Origin: a virus
DNA: 64,000 nt
IMG/VR virus record: IMGVR_UViG_3300028827_000102
Coordinates: 1-64,000 of that record
Reading direction: 5' to 3' (one strand)
Shown: positions 46,593 to 56,386 of the stretch, one piece after another
Position numbering within the stretch: the stretch's first letter is position 1
Layout of the letters: each line of letters starts with the position of its first letter
Notes under the pieces: generated by a model
What the model was told of the DNA's origin: nothing
The model's input: only the letters and a program-made list of their open reading frames with translations
Database searches by the model: none
Position numbers and translations under genes: made by a program

Positions 46593-48119
46593 CTATAGAT
46601 CGTCTCGCAGACGAACAAATCTGTTGAAACGCCCAACAGCAACTTTATTTGGATCACTTTGACTTATGTAATCAATTTTCTTTCCCACTAATTTGGACCT
46701 GTTTTTCCATAATTGTTCCCTTTCTTTATCCTTTATCCCTCCTCCTATACGTATTTTGTCTCCATTAGAAGTTACAGCCATAAAATAACCTAGACGAGGA
46801 CCATATCTAAAATATATACGATTGTTTTTAACCGTTAGTCTCCTATCTGTGCTGTCACCAATAATTTTGCGTAGTTTCTTTGCCACTTGGACGCACTTAG
46901 AAGAGTCATTAAATTCGCATATTAAATATATATCTGTTTTCTTTACTTTGCCATACTTTTTAAGCGTTTGCAGTACGGTTTGTACCGTCTCCTTGTCTGC
47001 TTCTGCGTGCTTTCCTTTCCCGCATACAACTTCTACTATAGTAGCAGTGTCTTCGTCTTCTGGTTTTACTTTTAGTATATCTTTTGTCCTTTTTACTTCA
47101 TAACCTGCTTCCATGCTTTTTAGCATTATACCTTCAAAGCCATTATCAACCATCTTCTCATAATATAGCATCGCAGTTTTTTCGTCACGTAAGATACGAT
47201 GTCCTATTATTGCTATATTATCTGAAAACTTGATTGTTTTTGTGTGCTTATCAGCACCTATAGCTTTGAACAAAGACGTTTTCCTGTCTTTCCATGGTTT
47301 AGCGGATGAATTTACATAATCTTCATAAGGCAACCAATCCCACACATATAAACACACATCAGACAAAAATTTGTCTTCGTCGAAGTTTTTTGTTCTACGT
47401 ATTATTTTTGAAGTAGAATTCCAGTCTTTAGCTAAAAACTCTCCGTCTAAAAACACTTCGTTTTCCGGCAAAACACTAGCCAGTTGCAAAATTTGCTGTA
47501 CAAATCGTTTTGATTGTTCAATCGGATCTCTTCTTTTTCCGCTCCGAGTAAAAACATAAACATTATCACCAGAAACAAAAATTAATGCCCGTTCTCCGTC
47601 CAGTTTTGGTTCTCCAGCCATTGGCCAAGTTAATTTACTCGACTCTATGTCTGAATACTTCTTTGCTAAAGCACAACCACGAAATACTATATCACCCTCT
47701 GATCTTTTAAAAACATCAGGCCATATATTAGATATTGTTTGTGCTGCTACACCTACTCTAAGATCGTGTAGCATGATACGTACAAACCATTTTGCCATCT
47801 TCGGCTTTGTCACCGACAATAGCTTAGAGGTTTCTTCTTTTGCTTTTTTACCTGTTATTGTTCTAGTACGTAGTCTATCCAACAGCATTAAAAAAGCATT
47901 CCAAGCTTCTTGTGCTGTTAAAGACGGGGTAAAAGTTTCTGGTAATTTCGGTCGCACGTAATAACGAGTATCACCAAAAGATAATGAGAATATATCCTTT
48001 AAAACGTCATTATCCTTAAATTTATGTAATAATGCTTCTTTTTCTTTTCTTTTATCCAATGTTTCTAGCTTATTAAGTACTGCTATTGCTATGATTATTT
48101 TATCATCCATATCAATCAT
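46593..48119 (-). CDS. lig: ATP-dependent DNA ligase with a 70-aa insertion in the OB domain
   Basis: EPKLDGER (motif I), FLDGEF, YVWD, EGIMLK, LKVK, FVRLRDD. Confidence 0.93.
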   Translation of the reverse strand: MIDMDDKIIIAIAVLNKLETLDKRKEKEALLHKFKDNDVLKDIFSLSFGDTRYYVRPKLPETFTPSLTAQEAWNAFLMLLDRLRTRTITGKKAKEETSKLLSVTKPKMAKWFVRIMLHDLRVGVAAQTISNIWPDVFKRSEGDIVFRGCALAKKYSDIESSKLTWPMAGEPKLDGERALIFVSGDNVYVFTRSGKRRDPIEQSKRFVQQILQLASVLPENEVFLDGEFLAKDWNSTSKIIRRTKNFDEDKFLSDVCLYVWDWLPYEDYVNSSAKPWKDRKTSLFKAIGADKHTKTIKFSDNIAIIGHRILRDEKTAMLYYEKMVDNGFEGIMLKSMEAGYEVKRTKDILKVKPEDEDTATIVEVVCGKGKHAEADKETVQTVLQTLKKYGKVKKTDIYLICEFNDSSKCVQVAKKLRKIIGDSTDRRLTVKNNRIYFRYGPRLGYFMAVTSNGDKIRIGGGIKDKEREQLWKNRSKLVGKKIDYISQSDPNKVAVGRFNRFVRLRDDL

Positions 48120-48858
48120 CCCTTGCTATAAGCTTAACGTTCATCTTATACAAATCCCTAAACCTGAACTTCTTTATCATCTTTGGGGTTGAATCGGGCG
48201 ATGCTTTTACAGCCTTATAATAGTAGTCTGGATCGAAAAATTCTAAGTCTTTGCCAACAATAAGCACTTTGATCCAGTGTGAATTTTTTGCCGTCTTTTT
48301 TACAATACCAGATATATATCTATCACCTTTTCTCCATTCTATCTCATCTCCAATACGTAGTCGTACCATATCTTTTTTCTTTAGTAATAGCAATCTATTT
48401 ATTATCGGGGTCAAAGATGCAGCAAGAAACCTCGCATCAGTTTTACTCATTTTTAGTGCTAACAGCAAAGCGTGCCGCATTTCGGTTTGCATGCGTACTC
48501 CACCCTGTCTTGTTCCCCAATTCCGAAGAACATCTAATGTATTTACTATCATCATCCATTTCCGTGACATAAACCTTATAGCGGTTAAAATTGGCACGGA
48601 TTCGTATTTTCCAGAAGGTAAAATTTCATTTATATCAAAATAATATGGAATATAACACTTCTTACAGCTCCATGTATTTTTATCCATAGGCTCATCTAGC
48701 TTAGACCCTAAAAATGTTTGCGCGCCTTGACAACATAACAACTTGCCATGTATTATTTTTTCCCACATGGCACAGGTGCTACATATTATAGGTATATCTT
48801 CTCCGGTTTTGGGGTGAGTGTAATATTTATTTTTAATACGAGGCAGCTGAGGCATCAT
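48112..48858 (-). CDS. Hypothetical basic protein with a Cys cluster and KOW-like segment
   Basis: CSTC...CC...C..C; LRIGDEIEW; GGAGG RBS. Confidence 0.65.
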   Translation of the reverse strand: MMPQLPRIKNKYYTHPKTGEDIPIICSTCAMWEKIIHGKLLCCQGAQTFLGSKLDEPMDKNTWSCKKCYIPYYFDINEILPSGKYESVPILTAIRFMSRKWMMIVNTLDVLRNWGTRQGGVRMQTEMRHALLLALKMSKTDARFLAASLTPIINRLLLLKKKDMVRLRIGDEIEWRKGDRYISGIVKKTAKNSHWIKVLIVGKDLEFFDPDYYYKAVKASPDSTPKMIKKFRFRDLYKMNVKLIARDD

Positions 48859-49619
48859 TCTACCTCCTTAGCTGTCGAATACAAAAGGATAAGATCATCT
48901 GGCTCTACATCGTATTTCTCTGCTATATCATAAATATCAGCTTCTGTATCAGCCATAAAAGATAAATAAGCTTTCGACAAGGACTTGCCATCATCACCTA
49001 TCAACCACTTAAAGAAATAAGTAGCAGCTTTTTTCGTTTTTTCGTTGTTTATGATGCGTTTTATATCTGCTTTTAAAGACTCTTTATCCGACAAAGCGGC
49101 TAAAAACATAAATGTAGGTATTTCAACAGTTTCTTGAAAATCTACATCTTTTGATACAAGTTTTTCCAACAATGACAACCAAGCATCATATGTTTCAGGC
49201 CATCCTTTGTTAGGAGATTTGACAGCGGAGTGTGTTTTTTCTCTGTCTACAAGCGTTAGATCAGATGACTTCTTTTCTATTAATTCTATATATTCTGCTG
49301 GGGTACGACTGTCCTTTAATTGTAATCTACCATCAACAATATCGGCATCTAATATTGGAATACCTAGTGTGCGCGCTTCTGATGCTTTTCCGTCTACATA
49401 CAACAATAAATACTTTATTTTGTCAGCATATTTATATAAACTATCTTTCTTCGACATATTTGGCAGTATAACTACATTATTCCCATCCGACACCAACATC
49501 AATGTTTTAGGATCACCGCTGTAGATAGATACACGGTATCCTCTGTTTGCCAATACAATGCGCAGCGCATCTGGACCTAAAAAAGCAAAGGCTGCCGCTT
49601 TAACCGTTTTCGTGTTCAT
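48855..49619 (-). CDS. Hypothetical protein
   Basis: 254-aa coupled ORF in the replication operon. Confidence 0.65.
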   Translation of the reverse strand: MNTKTVKAAAFAFLGPDALRIVLANRGYRVSIYSGDPKTLMLVSDGNNVVILPNMSKKDSLYKYADKIKYLLLYVDGKASEARTLGIPILDADIVDGRLQLKDSRTPAEYIELIEKKSSDLTLVDREKTHSAVKSPNKGWPETYDAWLSLLEKLVSKDVDFQETVEIPTFMFLAALSDKESLKADIKRIINNEKTKKAATYFFKWLIGDDGKSLSKAYLSFMADTEADIYDIAEKYDVEPDDLILLYSTAKEVE

Positions 49620-50115
49620 ACTCTACCTCTTTTTTTAACCGACGATACAGTATTGTATGTAGCCATTTACAAGGAGGCAATGCTACTAAAACATTGTCTC
49701 CTTTATCTACGAATTTTAGATTCTTTATCTTAATTCTATTAGGAAAGCTGTCCCATACCGATATAAATTTGTTTATCGAGCTATCGTAGAAAAACCTATT
49801 TACATACTTTGTCGGTATTTTTAATTTATTTGCCAGCATTGTGGCTACATAGTAGCCAGTATCATCATGTATGTCATAATCACAACATAAACACCACAAC
49901 AACACGCAAGACAGTCTTAAATGCTTTCCTTCAGTATGCTGCTTTAGTTTTTTCATAAACAATCCGGCACTCAAATACACTCGTTCATCGTGAATGTCAA
50001 GGACAATATTACCGTCTTTTATATGATATGAACGTACATCTCCATATGTATTTATCACCCAATCTTTAAGTGGTGTGTCTTCCATTCTATGATATAATCT
50101 ATGTATTAGCATCAC
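49600..50115 (-). CDS. Hypothetical protein
   Basis: 171-aa ORF coupled to the sbcC stop. Confidence 0.62.
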   Translation of the reverse strand: MMLIHRLYHRMEDTPLKDWVINTYGDVRSYHIKDGNIVLDIHDERVYLSAGLFMKKLKQHTEGKHLRLSCVLLWCLCCDYDIHDDTGYYVATMLANKLKIPTKYVNRFFYDSSINKFISVWDSFPNRIKIKNLKFVDKGDNVLVALPPCKWLHTILYRRLKKEVEYEHENG

Positions 50116-52562
50116 ACCAACATTGACTTGTCCAGATACGGTTTAAATTTTTCTGGTAGTCCTGTTTTGTACAATTCCGCTACATGTTCGTTTCGTACAG
50201 CCCACCATACCTGATCAAACATATCTTCGTGAACAAACACATCGCGTTGATTGCCAATAACTATTATTGTACCAATTCTTTTGCGTAGATCATGCAGTAT
50301 ACGTAAAAGACTACTGGTACCCTGCGGATCAAGGTTAGAGAACGGTTCATCTACGACTAATAGATTGGTACTTGTTCCTGTATATATTTCTTTTAAATCT
50401 CTGATACCAAATAGTAAAGCTAAACCGGCCTTGTTCCTTTCGCCACCACTAAACAACCTGCTTACTACTTCAGGACCACCGTCTTTTCGTCTAAGAGCCA
50501 CCTTTACGTCTGTACCCGACGCCACTAAATCAAGCACCACATTGCGCTTTGGCCACATTAATTCACTATAGCGAGGGACGGTTTTAGTCACAGCATCTGT
50601 AAGTATTCGCTCAAATCGTATACGTTTAAGACCTTTCGCACCAAAAGCCTTTTTTAGTGCTTCTAAACATTTATAACGTTTGCGCACCTCTGTCATTTTA
50701 GCAAGACCTGATACAATCTTTTCTTTACGCTTCATCATAGCATCGTATCTATCTACACTAGCACCTAAATTACCTACCATACGGTCAGCTTCTGTTTTGC
50801 TTTCACGTATACGGTCCAGCTTCAGTTTTGTGTTATGTATAACTTCTCTTAGCTGTTCTATATCACCTGAAGGTAAATCTTTAATCCTATTCCTTTTGGA
50901 AATCATTTCTGTGGCAGCTTCTATCAATGTTTTCTTTTCTTTTATTACTTTTTCATACCGTTTCTTATCTTTTGTTATTTTATGCTGATCGTTTCCAGAC
51001 GGAAGTTCTGCCAATTTTGCTTGTATAGTCATCCTAGAAGCCGCAGCTTCTAATTCTTCCACCAAATTTTGCTCTTTTACCATAAGAGAATTAAGCATTG
51101 TACGAAGAGCTGGCGCATTTTTAGGTGGTTTTGGTATATTCTGAAGTTTTTCTTTTAGCTTGGAATGCTTGTCTGCTGTTTTCAGCGCTTTTGATATTTC
51201 ATTTTCCTGGCGAACAAGCTTTTCTAAATATGCACGACGTTTAGCAAGCCTATGTTTCTTTACTGAAACTTCTTTGTCAGACATATTAAATGGACGATGA
51301 CACGTCGGGCACACATCACTCTTTAGGGCTCTATTAAGATCATCTATCTCTTTTTCAGTCTTTGCTATTTCGCCTGTTAAATCTTTCCATTGTGCCCTTA
51401 GTGCCGTTATATCCATGTCAGGAATAGGACCAAGAGCTTTAATTTCTTCAGCAATCTCTATTCTACGCTCTGCGTTGGGTATATAAACATCTTCTATTTT
51501 TTGTATTTTCTTTCTAACGCTTTTTAAATCATCTTCTATTTCGTCTTTATCTCTTGAATCGGGCAATGCTTCTAATCTTGTCTTCAGTGTAGCAACTCTT
51601 CCTATGGCATCTAAAGCAGCTTTGCATTGTTCTACTTGCTTTATTGCATTTTCATAGCTGACCGACAATTTTTCAACATATTCGTCATCTATATCATCTA
51701 CAGAACCTACACCAAAATCAACACTGCTCCATATTTCTTCTATTTCTTTTTGTATTTGATTATATTCTTTTACTTCACGTAATCTATGCTGTAAACGATT
51801 CAACCGTTTTGTTCCGACAGAAAATTCTTTATCTAGACGTTCTGCTTCTTTTCTATAGTAAGCCAGATCCTCTACCAGATCGTACATAGACTTCCCAAAG
51901 CTATCCAAGGCTGCATTAACATCTTCCAACTCTCGTTCGAGTTTTTCGGCATCCCTGAGTACTATTTTGTCGGTAACTAACATAGATTTAGTCTTCTCTA
52001 GTAAATCATCATATACATCTAGAGAAAACATTCTCATCAGACTTTGTTGTCTTTCACTATCTGTTCCTGACAGCAAAACATTATTATAATCTTGCGGTAA
52101 ATAAACAAGACTGAACAAAGATCTGTCATCTAATTTTGTAATGTTATCTACCAACCATTTGGTAGGGTGTTTTCTTGCAGAAGAAGGTAGTATATTATCG
52201 CCTGTGGCAAGATCTATTATACGAAAGGAATTTCCATATTTTCCGTGGTTTCTGTACTGAACAATTTCGTATTTATGTCCATCTACAGATAAATGTAAAT
52301 GTGCCTCATAGTTTCCGCCAGATTGTACATTTATCACATCAGATACAAATGTGCGTTCGCTTCTACCAGTACCTTTTCCGCTTTTTCCTACTAGTAAATG
52401 AGAAAAAATTTCAAATGGGCTGGTTTTACCGGCTCCTAGAAACCCACCATCATCTACATTCAATCCACGTAAAAGCACCAACCCCTGATTCTGCAGCGGA
52501 ATATCACATGTTTTGTACGCATAACCATTATTAAACCAAAGCTTTGTGTATTCTACTCTCAT
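50112..52562 (-). CDS. sbcC: SbcC/Rad50-like SMC ATPase
   Basis: GAGKT, YLPQ, long coiled coils with a CPTC zinc hook, FSGGE signature, VVDEPF. Confidence 0.93.
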   Translation of the reverse strand: MRVEYTKLWFNNGYAYKTCDIPLQNQGLVLLRGLNVDDGGFLGAGKTSPFEIFSHLLVGKSGKGTGRSERTFVSDVINVQSGGNYEAHLHLSVDGHKYEIVQYRNHGKYGNSFRIIDLATGDNILPSSARKHPTKWLVDNITKLDDRSLFSLVYLPQDYNNVLLSGTDSERQQSLMRMFSLDVYDDLLEKTKSMLVTDKIVLRDAEKLERELEDVNAALDSFGKSMYDLVEDLAYYRKEAERLDKEFSVGTKRLNRLQHRLREVKEYNQIQKEIEEIWSSVDFGVGSVDDIDDEYVEKLSVSYENAIKQVEQCKAALDAIGRVATLKTRLEALPDSRDKDEIEDDLKSVRKKIQKIEDVYIPNAERRIEIAEEIKALGPIPDMDITALRAQWKDLTGEIAKTEKEIDDLNRALKSDVCPTCHRPFNMSDKEVSVKKHRLAKRRAYLEKLVRQENEISKALKTADKHSKLKEKLQNIPKPPKNAPALRTMLNSLMVKEQNLVEELEAAASRMTIQAKLAELPSGNDQHKITKDKKRYEKVIKEKKTLIEAATEMISKRNRIKDLPSGDIEQLREVIHNTKLKLDRIRESKTEADRMVGNLGASVDRYDAMMKRKEKIVSGLAKMTEVRKRYKCLEALKKAFGAKGLKRIRFERILTDAVTKTVPRYSELMWPKRNVVLDLVASGTDVKVALRRKDGGPEVVSRLFSGGERNKAGLALLFGIRDLKEIYTGTSTNLLVVDEPFSNLDPQGTSSLLRILHDLRKRIGTIIVIGNQRDVFVHEDMFDQVWWAVRNEHVAELYKTGLPEKFKPYLDKSMLV

Positions 52563-53671
52563 AGGTCTTTTGCCAAATTCGCCAGTTTAACCGCTAACAC
52601 TTCCAATATAACTTTATTGTTTGTGTAATATGTCTTTATTCTTTCCTGCTCTCTGGTACAAAGATCAAGCATTTCTGCTATTATACTGGCCTTAGTAGTA
52701 ATATTTCCGGATTTGCGGTCAGGTAGTGGGACATTTTTTAACATGAATTTCTTTGTCTCGTCCATTAAATTTGGTGAAATCAAATATAATAACAATTGTT
52801 CCAACACTACTATAATTTGTCCGATAAAGTAATCATGTGCAGTTACTTCAGTGCTATAAGCTATAGCTTTACCGAACTTTCCAGACAACACTGAAGCAAC
52901 ATAATGCTGTACAGCTACATAGGTTTTTGTAGCGTCAGATTGCTTGATTATAGCAGGTAGAGCCTTGACTAGATCTTCCCCTGTCTTACCTGCTGAAGCA
53001 ACCTGTGATAGCAAATTTAGAGCGTCTCTAGGATGTCCGTCAACAGCCCGGGCAATCTGTAAAGTTGCTTTAGGAGGTATAGCTATACCTTCCTTTTTTG
53101 CTACAGGCAACAGTAATTTTTTGGCCAAAACTTCTGGCTTAACTGTTTTCAGATAGTATATTAAAGCCCTACTACGTATTGTGGTGGGAAGTACCTCCGG
53201 ATTGGTGGTACATAATATAAATCTGGCTTGACTATGAGGTTTCTCAAAAAGACGCAAAGCTGCATCAAACGCCTGCCTGGTTAGATTATGTGCTTCATCG
53301 ATTATAAAAAACCGATATTTATGTGGAGATCGGTACTTGGCTTGTTGTTCTAAAGCCCGTATAGCATCTATCCCTCTTTCGGATACCTGTTTTTCTACTA
53401 CAGAAGTAGTATCACCACCATAACGAATAGCTTTTATGGTTTGTTTGCAAGAATCACACTTGCCACAAATTTCTCCGTCTGTCCTATTTGTACAGTTAGC
53501 ATATAACGCTATCAACCACGCCAATGTGGTTTTCCCTACACCATGAGGACCACACAACAAAATAGTTGGATTGATTTCATCTTCCAAAGACCCACGAAGA
53601 GACGATACTACGGCATCTTGCCCAACTACTTGAGAAAATTTTATAGGTCTATACTTTGCTGTAAAATTCAT
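52559..53671 (-). CDS. dnaX: DNA polymerase III gamma/tau-like clamp-loader subunit
   Basis: KYRPIKFSQVVGQ, GPHGVGKTT, CGKCDSC, IIDEAHNL, TIRSRA, GHPRDALNLL. Confidence 0.94.
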   Translation of the reverse strand: MNFTAKYRPIKFSQVVGQDAVVSSLRGSLEDEINPTILLCGPHGVGKTTLAWLIALYANCTNRTDGEICGKCDSCKQTIKAIRYGGDTTSVVEKQVSERGIDAIRALEQQAKYRSPHKYRFFIIDEAHNLTRQAFDAALRLFEKPHSQARFILCTTNPEVLPTTIRSRALIYYLKTVKPEVLAKKLLLPVAKKEGIAIPPKATLQIARAVDGHPRDALNLLSQVASAGKTGEDLVKALPAIIKQSDATKTYVAVQHYVASVLSGKFGKAIAYSTEVTAHDYFIGQIIVVLEQLLLYLISPNLMDETKKFMLKNVPLPDRKSGNITTKASIIAEMLDLCTREQERIKTYYTNNKVILEVLAVKLANLAKDL

Positions 53672-54669
53672 TCATTCACCTCTATCAACATTTTTCTGGC
53701 TATTTTTTCTGCCATAATAATCATATCTTGTTGTAGGTTTTCTTTTTCTAAGAACTCGTGGAGGTGCATAAGCGGATCTTCAAAAGACGATTCATACTTG
53801 CCATGCACCTTAACTGGAGGTTCATAGATTATATTGTCAGGCAAGACTACATTAGGATCAAGCTCTTTTTGTGGCTTTAATTTTAAGAATTCAGGTAAAT
53901 CATCACCTTTAAATTCATCCCAAACAACTAGAGGATATGGATGGTTGATGCGAACAAATTTTGGTTTTGCTTTGCCTGTGTCTACGATAAGAACGCCTTT
54001 ATTTTCATCCTCACCAAAATTTACCTGATGTGGCGATCCTGGATAATAAGCGTTGTCAGATATCTTCTGCCTTTTGTGTATATCACCAAGAGCCCAGTAT
54101 ACTATATCTGGCACATGGGGTATTTTGATTTGATTTGATTTTATTACCTTTGTACCATTATCCGTCACGGCTCCTGTAACAGCTTCGTGCATAACCGCAA
54201 TTATAGGTTTATTGCTTCTTGTCCTTATCTTTTCCACCATAGATTTTACTACTATATCAAAGTCATATCCAGACCAACCATGAAAAGGTAACAATAAAAA
54301 CACAACATCATTTATTTCGACAAAATCAGGCAGACCGTCACATATAACATGTTTACCAATAGGTAAATGAGACAGATAATTAAGAGCCGTATCACCAAAC
54401 TTATGTGATACTCTTTGATCATGATTGCCAGAAATAGCTATAACCGGTATAGGACAAGAATGCAACCAACCAGAAAATAACAATCTTTCGCTGTTTGTTA
54501 AATCCGGTCTATCCCAAATATCGCCAGATATAACTATAGCTTCTGCTTTGTATCTATTTGCTATGGCTGTTATTTTGTTTAGTGTAAATTTGTGTCTTAT
54601 AAGGTATTTACCAGGAAACTTTGCCCTTAGACAGTTTAAATGTAAATCTGCAGTGTGTAAAAATCTCAT
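53668..54669 (-). CDS. sbcD: SbcD/Mre11-like metallophosphoesterase nuclease
   Basis: HTADLHL, SGDIWD, SGNHD, MHE, ALGDIH, YPGSP. Confidence 0.93.
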   Translation of the reverse strand: MRFLHTADLHLNCLRAKFPGKYLIRHKFTLNKITAIANRYKAEAIVISGDIWDRPDLTNSERLLFSGWLHSCPIPVIAISGNHDQRVSHKFGDTALNYLSHLPIGKHVICDGLPDFVEINDVVFLLLPFHGWSGYDFDIVVKSMVEKIRTRSNKPIIAVMHEAVTGAVTDNGTKVIKSNQIKIPHVPDIVYWALGDIHKRQKISDNAYYPGSPHQVNFGEDENKGVLIVDTGKAKPKFVRINHPYPLVVWDEFKGDDLPEFLKLKPQKELDPNVVLPDNIIYEPPVKVHGKYESSFEDPLMHLHEFLEKENLQQDMIIMAEKIARKMLIEVNE

Positions 54670-54923
54670 AGGTCATTTTTACGTATGGCTGTACGGTAGT
54701 TGTCAATACTACGCAAGGCCGCTTTTGTTATCAGTTTGTGTACTATTCTAGCCAATTCATCATAAAATTCGTCATCTAGTACCCTCATGCCCATACTATG
54801 CAACAAAGAGTTAACTTTACTTTTATTAATTAAACGTGATACATTTCCATCTTTGGCCCATTTTTTAGAATGGCGTTTTACGGTTACTCTGTCTTTTATT
54901 TTTTTCTGTTCTGAACCATTCAT
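54666..54923 (-). CDS. Histone-fold protein (bacterial alpha3-truncated type) with a basic N-terminal extension
   Basis: LINKSKVNSLL-HSMGMRV-LDDEFYDELARIVHKLITKAALRSIDN-YRTAIRKNDL gives alpha1, L1 (MRV), a long alpha2 and the L2 R-x6-D clamp, as in HMf RKTIKAED and Bd0055 RKTVMARD. Confidence 0.8.
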   Translation of the reverse strand: MNGSEQKKIKDRVTVKRHSKKWAKDGNVSRLINKSKVNSLLHSMGMRVLDDEFYDELARIVHKLITKAALRSIDNYRTAIRKNDL

Positions 54924-55126
54924 TGTATTTTTTGCTTGAATTCTCTATACGTAGTTATAAGACTACGTATTTCATTTTCTTTAGATAAGACAAATGCTAG
55001 TGTTAATACCGAAGCGGCTACGGACATCAAACCAGTACGTACCTTATCAAACAACTCAAACGGAGATGGATTGTGGTACATATTTATTGCATAAGATGGA
55101 AATGTATGCGATTGTTTATCAGACAT
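54920..55126 (-). CDS. Small hypothetical protein with a hydrophobic helix
   Basis: 68 aa; GLMSVAASVLTLAFVL; ATGA-coupled to the histone-fold gene. Confidence 0.55.
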   Translation of the reverse strand: MSDKQSHTFPSYAINMYHNPSPFELFDKVRTGLMSVAASVLTLAFVLSKENEIRSLITTYREFKQKIQ

Positions 55127-55127
55127 G

Positions 55128-56282
55128 CTATTCTCCCTCTACTTCTACAGAATCATCTGTGCCGTCTAAAGCGTAGTTTTTATATCCTAGTAGCTTAAAA
55201 TGTCGTCTATATACAGCATCCTTTTTTAGTAGAGAAAAACAATAATTTCGGAATTCGTCGCTCTCAGCTACTTTTCTAAATGCATCCCAAGCTAGATATT
55301 TGTCTGTAAAAAACTTTTTAAGCAGTATTTTATTTTTTCCCTGTTTTCTTTCCACCATTCCTATTGCTTCTAGGAAATCTAGACCGTCTTGAGCTTTATC
55401 TATGCCCTTGCCCATTATAATGTCTAATTCAAACTCTTGAAAAGCGGGGAAAGTCTTGTTTTTTATTGTCCTTACCCATACATGTTGGCGATACATACCA
55501 ACTTTATCTTCTTCGGCTTTCTTTCTACCGTGTACTCTAATTGCATAATCAGGATAATACTTCCAAGCCTGCCCTCCTGTAGGTGCTTCCGGATTAGCAC
55601 CAGGCATACGCATATTTATATTCATACGTATCTGATTAGAAGCTATCATTATGGCGCCTTTGTGTGCCAGTAATGATTTAGTTACGCCAAGAAAACGAGA
55701 ATGCATTCTAGCTTCTAATCCAGCTGCACCTTCTCCCGTTTCCACATCTCTACTCTTAGAAAACATGGCAGCGACACTATCCAACAAAATCAAACAACTT
55801 GGTTTATTTATATCATGCAAATTCACATCCGGTAGACGTCTAAGAAATCTATGTAGATGTTTATATACCCCTTCACCTGTTTCTGGTTGAGCATAAAAAT
55901 ACGCAGGAACATTCTTTCCGTTTATTTCTATTGTTTTGTGTATATCTAATCCTTGTGTACGCATATAAACAGGATCGGCTGAATGTTCTGTATCATAATG
56001 AACAATCGGAATATCTAACTTTTGTCCAGATATCGCACAAGCTTGTAAAAATGTACTTTTTCCGGAAGCTTCTGGACCGTATATATGCACTAGCCTGCCA
56101 CACTGAAAACCTCCACCTAACTTCAGATCTGCTATGAGAGATCCAGTAGACAGGGCTTTATCTACACGATGTGCTTCTCCCAACGAAACGCAACGTATTT
56201 CATCTTTTGTATCATTAAATGCATCTACTATAGCTGTTACCGGATCGGTAAATTCTATATCAGACTTTTTCTTTCTCGGCAT
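55128..56282 (-). CDS. recA: RecA/UvsX recombinase
   Basis: STGSLIADLKLGGG, IYGPEASGKST, DTEHSAD, AQPETGE, LDSVAA, NQIR, TGG. Confidence 0.95.
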   Translation of the reverse strand: MPRKKKSDIEFTDPVTAIVDAFNDTKDEIRCVSLGEAHRVDKALSTGSLIADLKLGGGFQCGRLVHIYGPEASGKSTFLQACAISGQKLDIPIVHYDTEHSADPVYMRTQGLDIHKTIEINGKNVPAYFYAQPETGEGVYKHLHRFLRRLPDVNLHDINKPSCLILLDSVAAMFSKSRDVETGEGAAGLEARMHSRFLGVTKSLLAHKGAIMIASNQIRMNINMRMPGANPEAPTGGQAWKYYPDYAIRVHGRKKAEEDKVGMYRQHVWVRTIKNKTFPAFQEFELDIIMGKGIDKAQDGLDFLEAIGMVERKQGKNKILLKKFFTDKYLAWDAFRKVAESDEFRNYCFSLLKKDAVYRRHFKLLGYKNYALDGTDDSVEVEGE

Positions 56283-56386
56283 TACACTACCTTATCATTT
56301 TCTAGATCTATGCACATCGGTAGCCAGAAGCAATTGGCGCATACTTCTTCTTCTCTATACCTGCCATAACAAGCAGGTTTACCCCT

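Noticed and set aside
55222-55234. TTTTTTAGTAGAG on the plus strand inside recA (also at 7121 inside baseplate J)
   Set aside because: These copies are antisense within coding sequence with no downstream plus-strand gene, and are compatible with chance in AT-rich DNA, so they are not called as promoters.
25465-56282. Inteins or introns in the usual hosts (DnaB, RNR, RecA, ligase, helicases)
   Set aside because: The proteins are of normal length with contiguous motifs. No C...HN-C/S/T splice junctions or LAGLIDADG/HNH ORFs were seen, and the ligase insert lacks intein termini.
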